From NCBI GenBank assembly GCA_013239625.1, contig MU054323.1, positions 14,307,950 through 14,371,949 on the forward strand: a DNA stretch of 64,000 nt. Direction: 5' to 3'. Under the pieces are notes generated by a model. That model saw only the letters and a program-made list of their open reading frames with translations. It had not been told where the DNA came from and made no database searches. This DNA is from Lama guanicoe. Its lineage: Eukaryota. Below, in pieces: positions 1 to 12,959 of the stretch (position 1 is the first letter of the stretch; each line of letters opens with the position of its first letter). The position numbers and the translations under genes were made by a program.

Positions 1-1644
1 ACCAGTTGTAGTCCTGGCCCCTAACAGACACTAGATTCTCAGTCTCTGTTAGATCCAGTAAATGCCAGAAGCTGCTTTTCTAATGGTTAATAGTTCTTTG
101 CTTCAAATGTTTTCATGCTAGATATTCCATATGACACCCTTTTCTAAGACCTCCAGTACCGTGGAATCCACATGGTCATGCAGACAGAGCTGCAAGGATG
201 CTTGTATGGCAGCCTGAAACTAATGCAGAATCCTATCTTTGGGCCCACTTAAAACTGACAGATTTCTGAGTCACTGTGGATGTGACCAGTGTTAACTTTA
301 ACAAGTGTTTAAGTGCTATCCTCAAAATCCACATGGGCCTACCAAGTGAATGACTGGTTGATAGTCATAAGAGGTTCTAGGTATAATAACTTGTCCTTTA
401 ATTTAGTAGAAATGTCCTGATATTCTTCAGTTACTAGATCACTAAAAATTTCCCTCATTTTTAAGGTCCATAAATCTGGGTTATACAATATGTGTTTTTC
501 TCCTATTTTCTGGAGCATATGACATAAAAAAGTACTTGGTACTTCATATTCAGTAGGTCTAATTAATATCATTATATTAATATCATTATGCTATTATAAA
601 GAACTAGCTATATATGTTATATAGTAGTCAAATGACATGGTTTTTTCTCCCGACTGTATTTGGCTAAAATCAGTAGGGTTAATGCTGTTTTGGGGCAAGA
701 CTATGAGTATATAGTATCACCTATTCCAGGTGAATGTAAACTGCTTCTAATCCTCTTTCTTGATCAGTATTGGGGAAAAAAACACATTTGTTTAGTCAAT
801 AATTGTATATCAAATGATCAAGTCTGTATTGATCTGTTCTAGTAAAGCTACACATCTGGCAAGCAGCTGCAATTTAGAAATAACACCTGGTTAAATAGAT
901 ACTACTTGCTGTCATTTGCCATGCTCCATTTTTGTTTGTTTTTGTTTGTTTTTGGAGTTGAGAGGCATGCAGACTGGTCAGTTAAATAGGGTTAAAATGA
1001 TAAAACACTACCCTTATCTCCTTTAGGACTCTGCCATTTTGCTCTTCTACCTGGGATGCTGTATTGCTTTTAATATACGAACCTGCATAGAAGGAGGAAG
1101 TTTCAGGGGCTTTCACTTGAACTTTCCTACCATTTTTGAACTCCTGCACAGGTCAGGTTGCAAGAACAAGAGCTCTGCCAAATCAATATATATATGCATC
1201 CTGATTATGCATTCATAGACATATAAATGTCCCTGGGGCCAGAAGCGATGGCTCTGTGGAATCACCAGCTACACAATGAGATGACTGAAGGCTAGTATCC
1301 CATATGTCACCTGGCCTCCATATGCTTGCATTCGAACTGGAGGTCTATGATGACATTTTGATTCCCTAGTATATTGTTAGCCCAGATTCTGTATTTAACA
1401 GGTTTCAATGTATGGAAGTAGGCCCTGATAAATTTCTTTAGATCCCTTTAAGGAAAGATTATGGGATTTGGTATTGTTTATGCTTGTTTTGTTTTATGGA
1501 ATATTGCTCAAAAGGGTACAGCTTCTTCTGGAACAGGCTCCCTGGAAAATGCTGTATGGTTATGATTTTGCAGTGTGGTAGTTGACATCAGCATTTTGAT
1601 CACCTGTTTCTAAGGTTTTTATAATTTGTGTGTGTTTCTGTAGT

Positions 1645-1930
1645 GGTTGTAAGTAAGGCAGTATCATTAGGAAACCATGGTCCAGCAGCCTATGGTATCT
1701 GAATGCTGTCCAAAACTACATGAGCTTGGAAGAAATTTCTTCCGCAGTTAAGTCTCAGATGAGAATGAAACCCTGGCTGACACTTTGATAGCAGCTGTTT
1801 TAGAAACTAAAGATGATCCAGCTAAGTAAGCTACATCTAGACTAATTCACAGAAACTATGCTACATGTCTATTGCTTTATGCTGCTCAGATTGTAGTAAT
1901 TTGTTATGCAGCAATAGATAAGGGATACAA
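1645..1930 (+). mobile_element. MaLR LTR (MLT1-type) inserted in the ERVL remnant
   Basis: Contains CATGAGCTTGGAAG...CAGATGAGAATG...CTGACACTTTGA and the typical end GTAATTTGTTATGCAGCAATAGATAA..ATACA. Confidence 0.75.
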
Positions 1931-2445
1931 CAGAGATAGTACTTCCCTAGTTGGGCCGTGGTGGGTCATAATCACAGTTATTGGTGTAGAACCAGTGAAG
2001 GAAATTAGGAGCAGCTCCAGAGGAGGAAAAAAAAGATTGTACAAGACATCTGCCTCAGATGAAGTCTTTGCCCGGTGACCAGAAAAAGGAATACAGTGCT
2101 AATCAGAAGAGTGTACCACTTCTGCTAGCTTAGAAGGTTCTGAGAAATCTCAGGACTCAAGGTTCTCAAACATTCTACCTGGAGATCTCATCTAAGGTCT
2201 TAAAATCCCACTTTTTCCTTGTCAGGGCTGTGGCTTGAATATAGATGGCTTGCCAGGATGTGAATTTAGCCTTCATTATAACTTCATTTTTCTCACACTT
2301 AGATCCTGGGTCTGATTTTCTGCTCTCTGGTTGCAGGAGATGAGAGTCTTTTTAATTCCACTATAGCCTTGTGGCTTGCCTAGTCATACCTTGTGTTGAA
2401 AATGTCATGAGTTGACTTGACCTTCAGGTTTGTTTTTCTTTTTAG

Positions 2446-2570
2446 TTAATGACCAAATATTTCAAATCTCCTATAACAATGGTGTCCCTTATGCTGTATA
2501 CCAGAAATTGACACATTGTAACTGACTATACTTAAAAAAATTTTAAAAATAAACAAAAACAAAACAAACA
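2446..2570 (+). mobile_element. Short L1 3' end with A-rich tail
   Basis: TATGCTGTATACCAGAAATTGACACATTGTAACTGACTATACTT followed by an A-rich tail. Confidence 0.7.
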
Positions 2571-2817
2571 GAAAACCCCACAATGATTGTCTAGTACATC
2601 TAGAGATGTTGCACAAGACGGTGCATTTTATTCCATTTTTATCATAATTCACCACAAGTAAGAATCATAATTAAAGTAATGCTGCAGCATTTTGGGATTA
2701 TCATTACCCTACTTCCTACCAGTAATGGAATTCTAAAAGTTTCTGGCCAGTTCAGTGATCCAGTTGCAGAATTTTATCCTGAGGATCTGCTTTCTAAAAC
2801 TTCTTCTAGTGCCAATT

Positions 2818-2960
2818 CTCTTAACTTGGGTTCCCCCAGAAGATGACGCCTAGAAAATAATTCAAGTGTTAGTAGTTTATTTGTGAGTCATTCTAAGAAA
2901 TACAAGTAATGAAGTGGATATTGAGACAGGGAGAGGAAAGAATGAATTCGGTTATTTTAT
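2818..2960 (-). mobile_element. ERVL LTR fragment (LTR16/LTR33-like), putative 5' LTR of the provirus
   Basis: TTGGGTTCCCCCAGAAG...TTCAAGTGTTAGTAGTTTATTTG...GAGACAGGGAGAGGAAAG, directly adjacent to the PBS-like motif. Confidence 0.6.
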
Positions 2961-4339
2961 CTACGCTGTCAGTACTTTTTTTTTTTTTTTAGGAATCAGC
3001 TTGTTACTTATTAGAATATAGGATAGTTCTTTTGTCTTAAATTTACATATGCTGGTCCAGAAGTTCTTGAGAATTATAAAATTACTATTACTAATGGTAG
3101 AATCATTTTCAGATTCTGATTTTCACCTTCTTATTCCAGAAAAGAAATTCTATTAAAACTACTAACTAAAGCTCCAGTTGTGATTATTGACCTAAATTCA
3201 TCAGTTGTAGGGATATTAGCATGAAGGTTTACAACATTTTTATGAAACTTTAATAATCTTGACAGTGTAAAGGTGGGGCTGGGAGATAAAAGCCAATATC
3301 CTTTCCATTCACTTGTGAAACTGCTTTACAAGGTTTCAATTAGATCCTTCTTTTTACCCCTGAGAGAAGCTAGTGGATGTATTGCATTAATTATGGTTCC
3401 CAGAGACAGGTTCAGGGAAGCCAACATTATAAAATTACAGTCATTGCAGTTCTGCAGGTTCTACTTTTTCTCTCATTCCATTTGCTTGCACAGCTGAAAT
3501 GTGACTTTGCAACCAATGGCTTCAGAGGAAATGCCAGTGTCAGACTAGCCTCAAAGGTTCCGTAAACCAGGAAAAAGGGAAGAGGTGAAGCCATACAATA
3601 TTATCTGCTTAACCCAATATATGATTGGTTGTGGTATATGATAGCCAAAATGCAAGATTTTTTAACCTATTGAATAGAATTTAATGTATATTTATAGTTC
3701 TACTAAATTTAGTTTCAGTTGTTTACACATATGCACATATGCTTATATACATAAGGTTATAATTGTGTGTGTGCACACGTGTGTCCTATATGTATGTGCC
3801 TGTGCATGGTGTGTGAGTATAGACAGAGGGAAAGGAATGAGAACATTTTACTACAACACACAGAACTATCCCAAATCACAGTGCAGCTATCTGAGAATAT
3901 AATGGTTTGGAATGGTGATTAATAATTTCCTTCAATATTTTTTAAACCAAAAATAAATTGAATGGCTCCCATAAAAAGCCTATCATGCCAATAAGACACT
4001 TTTTAATAAGGCAATTACCAGTATAAACTTTCACATTATTTTAAAAGCCACAGTCTGTAGAAGAGAAAAGCCAGGGACATAGATCTTATCTATCTTTATA
4101 AGAGTAGCATTTTGAAGAGAGCTGTCACATTTTCTAAGACTGAAGAATAAAGTTTGCTAGATTTTTCTATATCTCAGAATATTTACTAAAAGTATGATTA
4201 AGTTTAAAAATGGAATTTATTAAGTGATCCAGATTCATTTAACTAATAACTAAGGTCGTAAGTCAAAAGAACTTACACGCAGAGGTAACAGGTACTGGGC
4301 TAATTTATATGTTCAGAAGGAAAAATTTTATTTAAAAAA

Positions 4340-4542
4340 ATTTTTTTATTGAAGTATAGTTAATTTGCAATTTGGTCTTAGTGTCTGGTGAAACTAGCAC
4401 AAAGTGATTCAGTTATACATATATACATTCTTTTTTATATTATTTTCCATTGTAGTTTATTATAAGATATTGAATACAGTTCCCTGTGCTATACAGTATG
4501 ACCTTGTTCTTTATCTATATATAGTAATTTGTATCTGCTAAT
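4340..4542 (-). mobile_element. Cetartiodactyl-type L1 3' end
   Basis: Poly-T then ATTGAAGTATAGTT...GTGATTCAGTTATACAT...GTTCCCTGTGCTATACAGTA. Confidence 0.85.
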
Positions 4543-4964
4543 TTGATTAAGTAAAATTTTCTAAAACTAACTGACAGTCAATTAAAAGTAATAAAATTTA
4601 GGAGACAGATTAAATTGTATTAAATTTAATCTAACAATGGATAGTAATGCTTTCTAAAATATCAAACTTGTAGAATAAATCATATTTATAGCCTGAATAA
4701 ATTAAGAAATAAGTGGCTGAAATAGGAGGTTAATTAAAATTAGTGCAGTTTTTAAACTGGCAAACCAGAGAGCTTGGTGGTCTAATATATCAGAGGTTGT
4801 CAATTTTTTCTGCCAAAATAGTCTGAGCATATAGGAATCTAGACATGACCTCAACAGACTATATCTTTTATAGTCTTAAACTGAGTCTCAGAACTTACTG
4901 CGTTATCTTTTTTTGAAACATTATTATCACATGATGAATATTTCTATAGACGAAATATTAATTA

Positions 4965-5130
4965 TGTCACTTACTATGAGAATTTGGCAAGTTATCTACT
5001 TCCCTTTCATTTCATTTTCCTTACTTATGAAATAGGGATGATAATAGAATCTATTTTTAGGATTTTTCAAAGATTAAATTAATATACAAGAAAGGACATT
5101 GACACATACTAACTTTTCAATAAATGAAGG
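4965..5130 (+). mobile_element. MIR SINE fragment
   Basis: Core TTGGCAAGTTAT...TTTCCTTACTTATGAAATAGGGATGATAATAG. Confidence 0.65.
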
Positions 5131-5212
5131 CTAGTTAATTTAAAATTTTTTCTTTTGCTTTGACACTCATGGTATAACCCACACTGAAGACATTTCTAGA
5201 TGTAGAACACAG

Positions 5213-5254
5213 TTTAAATCACAGAATTGTGCATTTAAATCACAGAATTGTGCA
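5213..5254. repeat. Perfect 21-bp tandem duplication
   Basis: TTTAAATCACAGAATTGTGCA x2. Confidence 0.95.
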
Positions 5255-6191
5255 GATTTTAGTTTCATTTTATGGTGTTTGGGTTTATATCAGCTTTGCA
5301 AACAGTTAAATAGATTACAGCTAAGTAGACCATGCCGATCTAATCAAAAAGCAGCTGAACTAGGCTTCTGTTTTTCTTTCCTTTAGCTATTTTATCTGTA
5401 TGAAAATTACTTTCTTCAGGATCTTTCAGAAAAGCTTTTACACTGTTGGAACACTTTTAATAAATGGGATTTGGGCTAAAGGGAGGAAATTAACAAGAGC
5501 TCTCAAAGAAAATTCACTTCAGAAAGAATATAATCTTTTAGATGGCATAGCACCTTTACAGGGAGCTTGGAGATGGAGGAGAATCAGTCAGGAAATAAAA
5601 AGGGAGGTTTTTATGATTCAGGGACTAAAAATGAGATCTATAATTGGGAAAGGTCTACGAGATCATGATGCCTTTTGTACTGCAAACACGAGGTTAAGAA
5701 CTTAGGAGAAAGATATTTTGGAAAATGTGCTCAGAGAGCAAGTGATCTAACGCCTTTTGTTTGTTCCCATCTATCAAAGGTCCTATCGCACACTGCTTGT
5801 CTAATCAGACAGAAGATTTTCAATTCATTGGCCTTACTGCTGACCTTCTATTTTCTTAAAACCAAAGAATCCCACACACTGGTATAGCAAAATGGAAAAC
5901 TCCCTTTAGAATTAGGACTGATTTCAGTTATTCCATGTGACACATTGTGTTTTAATCTTTCTGGTGAAGGAGGTGGGAAGTGGGAGGAGGTTGGTGTAAC
6001 ACTGCATGAAGCTCAAGGATGTCGAGTCGTAGACAACCTGGTTCAGTTCCTGCCAGTGATACATACTGTACAACTTTGGGGCCGTGCTCTTTAACGGAAA
6101 GGACTGTTTCTTAGTTGTCATTTAATCTATAGCACCCACCACATAGTGTATATAAAACAAATACTCAGAAAATGCTTATTGAAAAAGTGCT

Positions 6192-6628
6192 TTATAGGAG
6201 GGTTCCCCTTTCTCCACATTTGTCATTTGTGGATTTTTGAATGATGTCCATTCTGACTGGTGTGAGGTGATACCTGATTGTATTTTTGATTTGCATTTCT
6301 CTGATAATTAGTGATATTGAGCATTTTTTCATGTGCCTATTGATCATTTGCATTTCTTCCTTGGAGAATTGCTTGTTTAGGTCTTCTGCCCATTTTTGGA
6401 TTGTGTTGTTTGGCTGTTTCTTATTAAGCCATATGAGCTGCTTATATATTCTGGAGATCAAGCCTTTGTCGGTTTCATTTGCAAAAATTTTCTCTCATTC
6501 CGTAGGTTGTCTTTTTGTTTTACTTCTGGTTTCCTTTGCTGTGCAGAAGCTTGTAAGTTTCATTAGGTTCCATTTATTTATTCTTGCTTTTATTTCTGTT
6601 GCTTGAGTAGACTCTTCTAGGAGGATAT
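6192..6628 (-). mobile_element. Young L1 ORF2 C-terminal internal fragment
   Basis: ORF 6192-6461 reads ISRIYKQL...KWAEDLN...[26 protein letters not shown], a classic L1 ORF2p C-terminal region. Confidence 0.95.
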
Positions 6629-9016
6629 TTTTTTAACTTCATATTTTCCTTTCTATTCTGTAAAATGGGAGTAATAGTACTTTCTAAACTTGTGGGAATT
6701 TAACAATGTACATAAAATGAAATAGAGAAAGCACCTGACACCTGGTAAACTTCCCTCAATCAATGGCAGCTCTGATAGTTTGTACTAAAAATATTCAACT
6801 GCATAACAAGATTTTTTTTCTTTTTGGTACATGAAAAGTTATTATTACTTTAAATAATTAAAACCTGCCAAGAATCCAAATTTTTTACTATTGTTTTCTT
6901 TACATGCAAATTTAAGTCAATTATTCTGTTACCTATTGAAAATAAGCATTTTTCATTAATTAGATAACCATGACAGAGTTTTAGGTGAACATTTTTAAAG
7001 TTAAATAGTTAGAGTTGGAGCACTTTTTAATCTATATTAATTATGAAAACCTAAATTTAAAGAGAAGGAAATATAATATCAGTGAATACCTTTGTTTTTT
7101 CCTGACTTTTTCTTCCTCAAATACAGTGGGGTTTTAGAAATGCTAAATACTGTCCCATATATGGTGGTGAAATCCCCTGAAAAGATGTTGTTTTTCTTCC
7201 TATCAGTAATTTTTTCCTCAGATTTCCATCTGTGGAAAGTCATCCCAATAGTCCATTCTTTAAAATATTATCATACTAATTTAACTGAAACACAAACTAG
7301 ATTTAGGAATTTATTGTGAAACTACAATCAAGCATTGAGTTCCTTCCTATTTCATTTTTTATATTGTCTATATGGCCTTTAAGTGCCTTTATAAGTACTA
7401 AATTAGAAAAAGCTAGGCAACTCTAAAGTCTCCTTGTAAGAATTTTTTTATCTCCATATTGTATAAAGTGCAATTTGTAACTAAGTTGTCCTGTATTTCT
7501 TTCACCTGTAGCACTTTCAGTCAGCAGAATGCTACAGGACCATAACTTGACCTAATACCCATTGATTACCCAGTGTGGAATCATGTTTTTAACTCCACAT
7601 CAGCACTAGCTCCCTGCTGACTCTAATTTCATTTATAGCAATATTTCTTTAAAGAAAAAAGAAAAATGAGACCTTCTACGTTTATTCTTATACATTAGCT
7701 CATCCTAAATTTGTTCACATGATTTTGATGGAAAAGAAAGCAAGATGTAGAGTTTTTATTTTTATTAAACTAAAAGTACATTCAGGTATACCCCTGCTGG
7801 CTTAATAAGGGTATATGACCCATTAAGACTTCCTTTTACTGGTAATATTGGATTACCAGTAGAGGAACAGATGCGGTTTCTATTCTCTGAGAGCAGAAGT
7901 TTATATGCTCCCTTGGCCAAGATAACAACTCTCAGGGAGTAAAGCCTTTTCCACCATGCATACTGGCATTATTCTTTTTACTCTCAACACAGACTGACTT
8001 TCTCCACATGTCCTCTAATAGCTATGGACTTAGAGATCTTGTATCTTTCTAGCTTCAGCTACCCAAGAAACTACCTTGAATCTTTTAAAATTCTGAGCCT
8101 TTAAATCCTTGAGATAAGAACTATTATTCTGAGAGAAAGGTTGAGCAAATGCCCTCTATTGGGTCCATCAATTTTGGCTAAGGGAACCTGATGATAAAAA
8201 CATGACATCCCCATGTGTCTGCAAGGGAGGAAGGAGAATATGCTGGAAAAATGGAGGAGAAGGAGAGCAAATGTCTTTTTGCAGTTTGTCACATCTCTTT
8301 CTTCCATACCCACTTCAAATTAGAATTTTCTGTCTGGGTACATACAATGTAAACTAGTATACTCTGGACTTCCAGAAGAGTACTATCCCTTCCTATCATA
8401 CCTTAGCATGACCCTCTTTGTTAAAGTCCCCTGTTGTGTCAAGAAAGTGATATCTGAGTCATTAATCATTCAGATTTCTCTGCTGTATATTAAATCACTG
8501 ATCCTGTAAGGCGTTCCAAGCAGTTTTCAAATACTGATATAATGGCTTTCTAGTATTGATTCTCTGTACTCTGTTTCTCTTGATCTCATTTTACAATTGA
8601 TCATTAACGGACAACATAATATATTGTAGCTCTTTGCTTATTAGTCTTCATGTGATCTCTGTTTATCTAACTTTTCCCATTCTTTTGAACCATGGTAGGA
8701 GAAATCATTGCCACTTTTTGCAACAAACTATAAAGAAATACTCATATAGGAAAAGTTAAAAACAAAATATACTAGAAATTTTCCACTAAAATATAGGCAG
8801 ATGAGCTCTGTACCAAGATTGTAGTAAAAAAAAAAAAACAGCATATTCTTTAGAACTCTAAATTTAAGCTGTTCACTTTTTTTTTTAACTTACTAGAATT
8901 CATCTCTAATTGGATTTGAGTTCTCTACACAATTCAGTATAGATTTTACATAATACCTCCATAGAACTGTCTCAAAATATCTGGACAATTAAAACAGAAA
9001 TTGATTGAATTTTTTT

Positions 9017-10270
9017 AGATTAATAGGCTTTAATTTTTTAGAGCAGTTTCAGGTTTACAGCAGAATTGAGCAGAAAGTGCAGAGTTCCCACATAGCCCTC
9101 CCCACCCACACATATATACTCCCCTAGCCTCAACATCCCTCACCAGTGTGGCATATTTGGTACAACTGATGAACCAACATGGGCACATTATTATCAACCA
9201 AAGTCCATAGTTTACATTAAGGTTCACTCTTGATGTTCTATATTCTATGGGCTTTGACAAATGCATAATGACATGTAGCCACTATAGTATCATACAGAAT
9301 AATTTCATTGCCCTAAAAATACCTTGTGCTCCATCTATTCATCCCTCCCTCCCTCCTCCTCCCCAAACCCCTGGAAACCACGATCTTTTTATTGTTTCTG
9401 TAGCTATGCGTTTTCCAGAATGTCATTTGGTTGGAATTGTACAGTTTGTAGCCTTTTCAGACTGGCTTCTTTCATTTAGTAATATATCTTTTAAGTTTCT
9501 TCCATGTCTTTCATGGCTTGATAGCTCATGTTTTTTTCACTACACATATATTTTTAATTTATATACATTTATTGTTCATTGTTTCTAAGAACATTTAGAG
9601 CTTTAGCTTTTTAAACTTACATAGTTATCAAAGGAATAAAGCCAACCACAAAATAAAAATTAATTCAAAAAGATACATATACCTTGCTGTTAACAGCAAC
9701 ATTATTTATGATTGTCAAGATATGGAAGCATCCTAAGGGCACATTAACAGTTGAATAGATAATGAAAATGCAGCATACATATATGTAATGGAATACAACT
9801 CACCCATAAGAAAGAAGGATACTTTGCCATTTGTGACCCTTCATTCACTTTTTTTCCACTTCAAAAACCAGAATTTTATAACTGGCATAATCATTTCCAT
9901 TACATCAAAAATAACAAAACACCTAGGCATAAACTTAACCAAAGAGGTTACCTACCCTCTGAAAACTGCAGTGACACAAAACCAGCTTTACAACAAATGT
10001 TAAAGGTCCTTCTCTAGTCATCAAACCATAAGAAAAGAGAACAAAAAAAAGAAGAAAGAGAAAAAGAAAGACCTACAAAAGATTGCTTTGGCTGTTCGAT
10101 GCCTTTTGTGGTTCCTTATAAATTTTGGAATTGTTTATTCTAGTTCTGTGTGGAATGTCATGAGTATTTTGACAGGAGTTGCACGGGATCTGTGGATTGC
10201 TTTGGGTAGTGTGGCCATTTTGATAGTGTTGATTCGTCAATCCAAGAGCACAAGAAATCTTTCCATTTTT
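9017..10270 (-). mobile_element. Composite L1-derived retroposon (HAL1-like), copy 1, with 5' inversion and TSD
   Basis: 16-bp TSD TTGATTGAATTTTTTT at 9001-9016 and 10271-10286. Segment 9205-9980 is the reverse complement of 35242-36066. L1 ORF1 end KPALQQMLKVLL* at 9979-10017. Confidence 0.85.
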
Positions 10271-11318
10271 TTGATTGAATTTTTTTCAAGTTGAATAAAT
10301 TATTTTTGTTCCGTACATAGATAACATGAACATCACCTGCTAGGAATTATTCAATTAGTTCAACTAGTAGAATCAATCTTGTTTTTTGAGGTTTAAAACT
10401 AAATAGAAACCACACAGTACCCAAAACAAATTTTCCCCCAGTAGCAGAATATTTTTCCATAGCTTGTTATAAATACATCAAGAGTTATAAACCACGTTAG
10501 TCTGAAATCACAATTTTTGGTGATTCATTTCTTTTTCTTTTAAAAAAAAAATTCACCTCATTCCCCAGGCTTCCAAGCCTAAAACTCAAAATTAGCAGGA
10601 AAAGATTAATTCAATGATAAAAAAGATCAAAATATAATTGTTTCATGCCCTCTGGTCCTTACTCTTTAGGGAGTGTTATATAAAGCTTACTTAAAAAGAA
10701 TGAAATGTTATTCCTCTATCTAGATGGTAAAATACAGTCTCAGACACGAATAATCTGGATGTTTATCACTCATACAAATACTTTAATACAAGTTTTGTTA
10801 TCAGTTGAACCAATGTATGGCAAAGCTATATTAACAAAAAGATCTGTTAGTGTTTTCTGTCTTACTGAACCATTTGGAATTTAAATTAGCTAACCTATTG
10901 AAAATTGATTTCCTTGATTTATAACTCTTCAGAAAAACAGCTTCTTCCTCAGAATCATACACTTACACTAAATAAAGCTACGGTCAGAAATTGCAGAGTG
11001 AATGTTCAAGGAAAAAAGAAACAGTTATAATAGATTCTTCAACTGATTGTTGCCTTATTTTTAAATCAGTAGGTACTCAATACTCAATTTAAGCCAGTCA
11101 GTTGTTTTCCAATTTTTCCATCACATGTGCTTATTTATTTCATTGTATACCAGCTTATTAGAATAATGGTTACTTTTTGAAAAAATATCTCTCTGAAGCT
11201 TGCTAGATATAAATAATAAAATTCAAGTTTTCCCAAAATATTAATTTACATAAACTTAAAAAACATTTTTTCTCCTTTTTCCACTTCTTTACTGAAATAT
11301 AACTGACAAAAATTCTTC

Positions 11319-11822
11319 AGGTTTTACTCAACTTACGATGGAGTTACATCCTGATAAACTCATCATAAATTGAAAAATATTGAAAGTTGAAAATGCATTT
11401 AATACACCTAACCTACCAAATATTACATTGTAGCCTAGCCTACATAAAATGTGTTCAGAACACTTTTATGTTAGCCTACAGTTGGGCAAAATCATGTAAT
11501 ACCGAATTTATTTTATAATAAAGTATTGAATATCTCATGTAATTGATTTAATACTGTACTAAAAATGAAAAACCAAATGGTTGTCTGGGTGCAGAATGTT
11601 TGTAAGTGTATAGGTTGTTTACCCTTGTGATTGCATGGCTGGCTGGGAGCTGGGGCTCACTTCTGCTGCCCAACATCACAGGAGTATCATGGGGCATATC
11701 ATTATCCTGGGAAAAGATCAAAATTTTAAATTCAAAATATGATTTCTGCTGAATGTGTATCACTTTACACCATTGCTAAGTTGAAAAATCATAAGTCAAG
11801 TCATTGTAATTTGGGATTGTGT
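11319..11822 (+). mobile_element. Tigger5/MER47-like TcMar DNA transposon inserted in an L1 3' end
   Basis: Starts CAGG..CTCAACTTACGATGGAGTTACATCCTGATAAAC and ends CATTGTAATTTGGGATTGTG. L1 3'UTR sequence flanks both sides. Confidence 0.8.
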
Positions 11823-12160
11823 AAATTTAAGTTGTACATATTTTATATAGTAAATATATATTTAGGCTCTGCAAGTGATTTTTTAAAAAGTATACTATAT
11901 GATGACCTAGCATATGCCTACCATGTCACATGATTGTCACAATTAACACATACATAACCACTTATACTTACCCTTGTGTGTGTGTGCGTGTGTATGTGTG
12001 TGGTGAGAACACTTAAGATCTACTCTCTTATTTCTACTCTCAAATTTCAAGTATACAATGCAGTGTTATTAACTATAATCACCATACTGTACATTAGATC
12101 TCCAGAACTTACTCATCTTATAACTGAAAGTTTGTACCCTTTGACCAAAGTCTCCTCTTT
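11823..12160 (-). mobile_element. L1M 3' end, split by the Tigger element (left stub about 11285-11318)
   Basis: GTGGTGAGAACACTTAAGATCTACTCTCTTA...CAAATTTCAAGTATACAATG...CCAGAACTTACTCATCTTATAACTGAAAGTTTGTACCCTTTGACC. Confidence 0.85.
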
Positions 12161-12559
12161 ATGTACAGATTTCAGAGACAAAATCCATTACCAAAGGATC
12201 TATTGTGACAAAAGCCCCATGAGGACTGGAATTTTAGTTTGTTGTATTCAATGTTGTGTGTCTACAATTTTAAACAGAACCTTGGGCATCATTGCTCAAC
12301 ATTCATTTTAAAAAGAGACTGCTTTGCAATATATCCTTGTTGCTTATCTCACATTAAGTGGAGGGAAAAAAAAGAGAGAATGCTTCTAACATTTCACAGT
12401 AAACATGTTTGCTGTGGGTTTGAGGAAGCTTCTCTTACTTATCTTTATGTTAACATACTTGTCTTTTTTATATATATTCAACCTTTCTTTCCTTATACAC
12501 CTTCTTCCACTCTGTCATCCATCTATTTATTTTGTCTCCTGTGTCTTTCATTGAAGACT

Positions 12560-12870
12560 AATCTTTATTTTTGATGTAATGACACTCATCAATTTTTTTG
12601 TCTTAACGATTTTTGACTTTGAAGTTTTGTTTTTAAAGTTCTTTTGCAGCTAGAGATTATAAAGATACTCAGTTTCGTTTTCTTCTACTATCTAATAGTT
12701 TATCCTTCACATTTAGATCTTTAATCCATTTAGACACTTTTGAATGTGCTGTTAAGTAGGCATCAGCTTTCATTTTTCCCCTTGAAATAGTTTAACTTCT
12801 ACTGAGTAATTTGTCCTTTCCCCACTACTTTTGGTACTCCCATTGTTATATGTGAGTTACCATTTACACT
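12560..12870 (-). mobile_element. Old L1 ORF2 fragment
   Basis: Degenerate TTCACATTTAGATCTTTAATCCATT and TTTCCCCACT motifs. Confidence 0.55.
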
Positions 12871-12959
12871 AACAGACTTGAAAATGTAGAGAAGAGTGCA
12901 TAAATTATGGAAAAATGTATAATGTCAAAATGTCCTAACAATAAAGTTTAAACAAAGTT

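Larger units (their letters stand above)
1..2815 (-). mobile_element. Degenerate ERVL-class provirus internal region (pol: RT/RNase H remnants), interrupted by later insertions
   Basis: Minus-strand translation gives ERVL pol-like motifs: EKQLLAF/TETE (about 30-80), KDKLLYLEP and MILIRPTEYEV (ORF 339-572). A PBS-like AATTGGCACTAGAAG lies at about 2803-2817 next to an LTR. Confidence 0.75.

Noticed and set aside
2976..3560. Poly-T at 2976-2990 as the tail of a minus-strand retrocopy
   Set aside because: No canonical poly(A) signal, TSD or recognisable parent found.
9247..9588. Similar ORFs at 9247-9588 and 35682-35948 as paralogous genes
   Set aside because: They are antisense readings of an L1M 3'UTR within the duplicated composite element.
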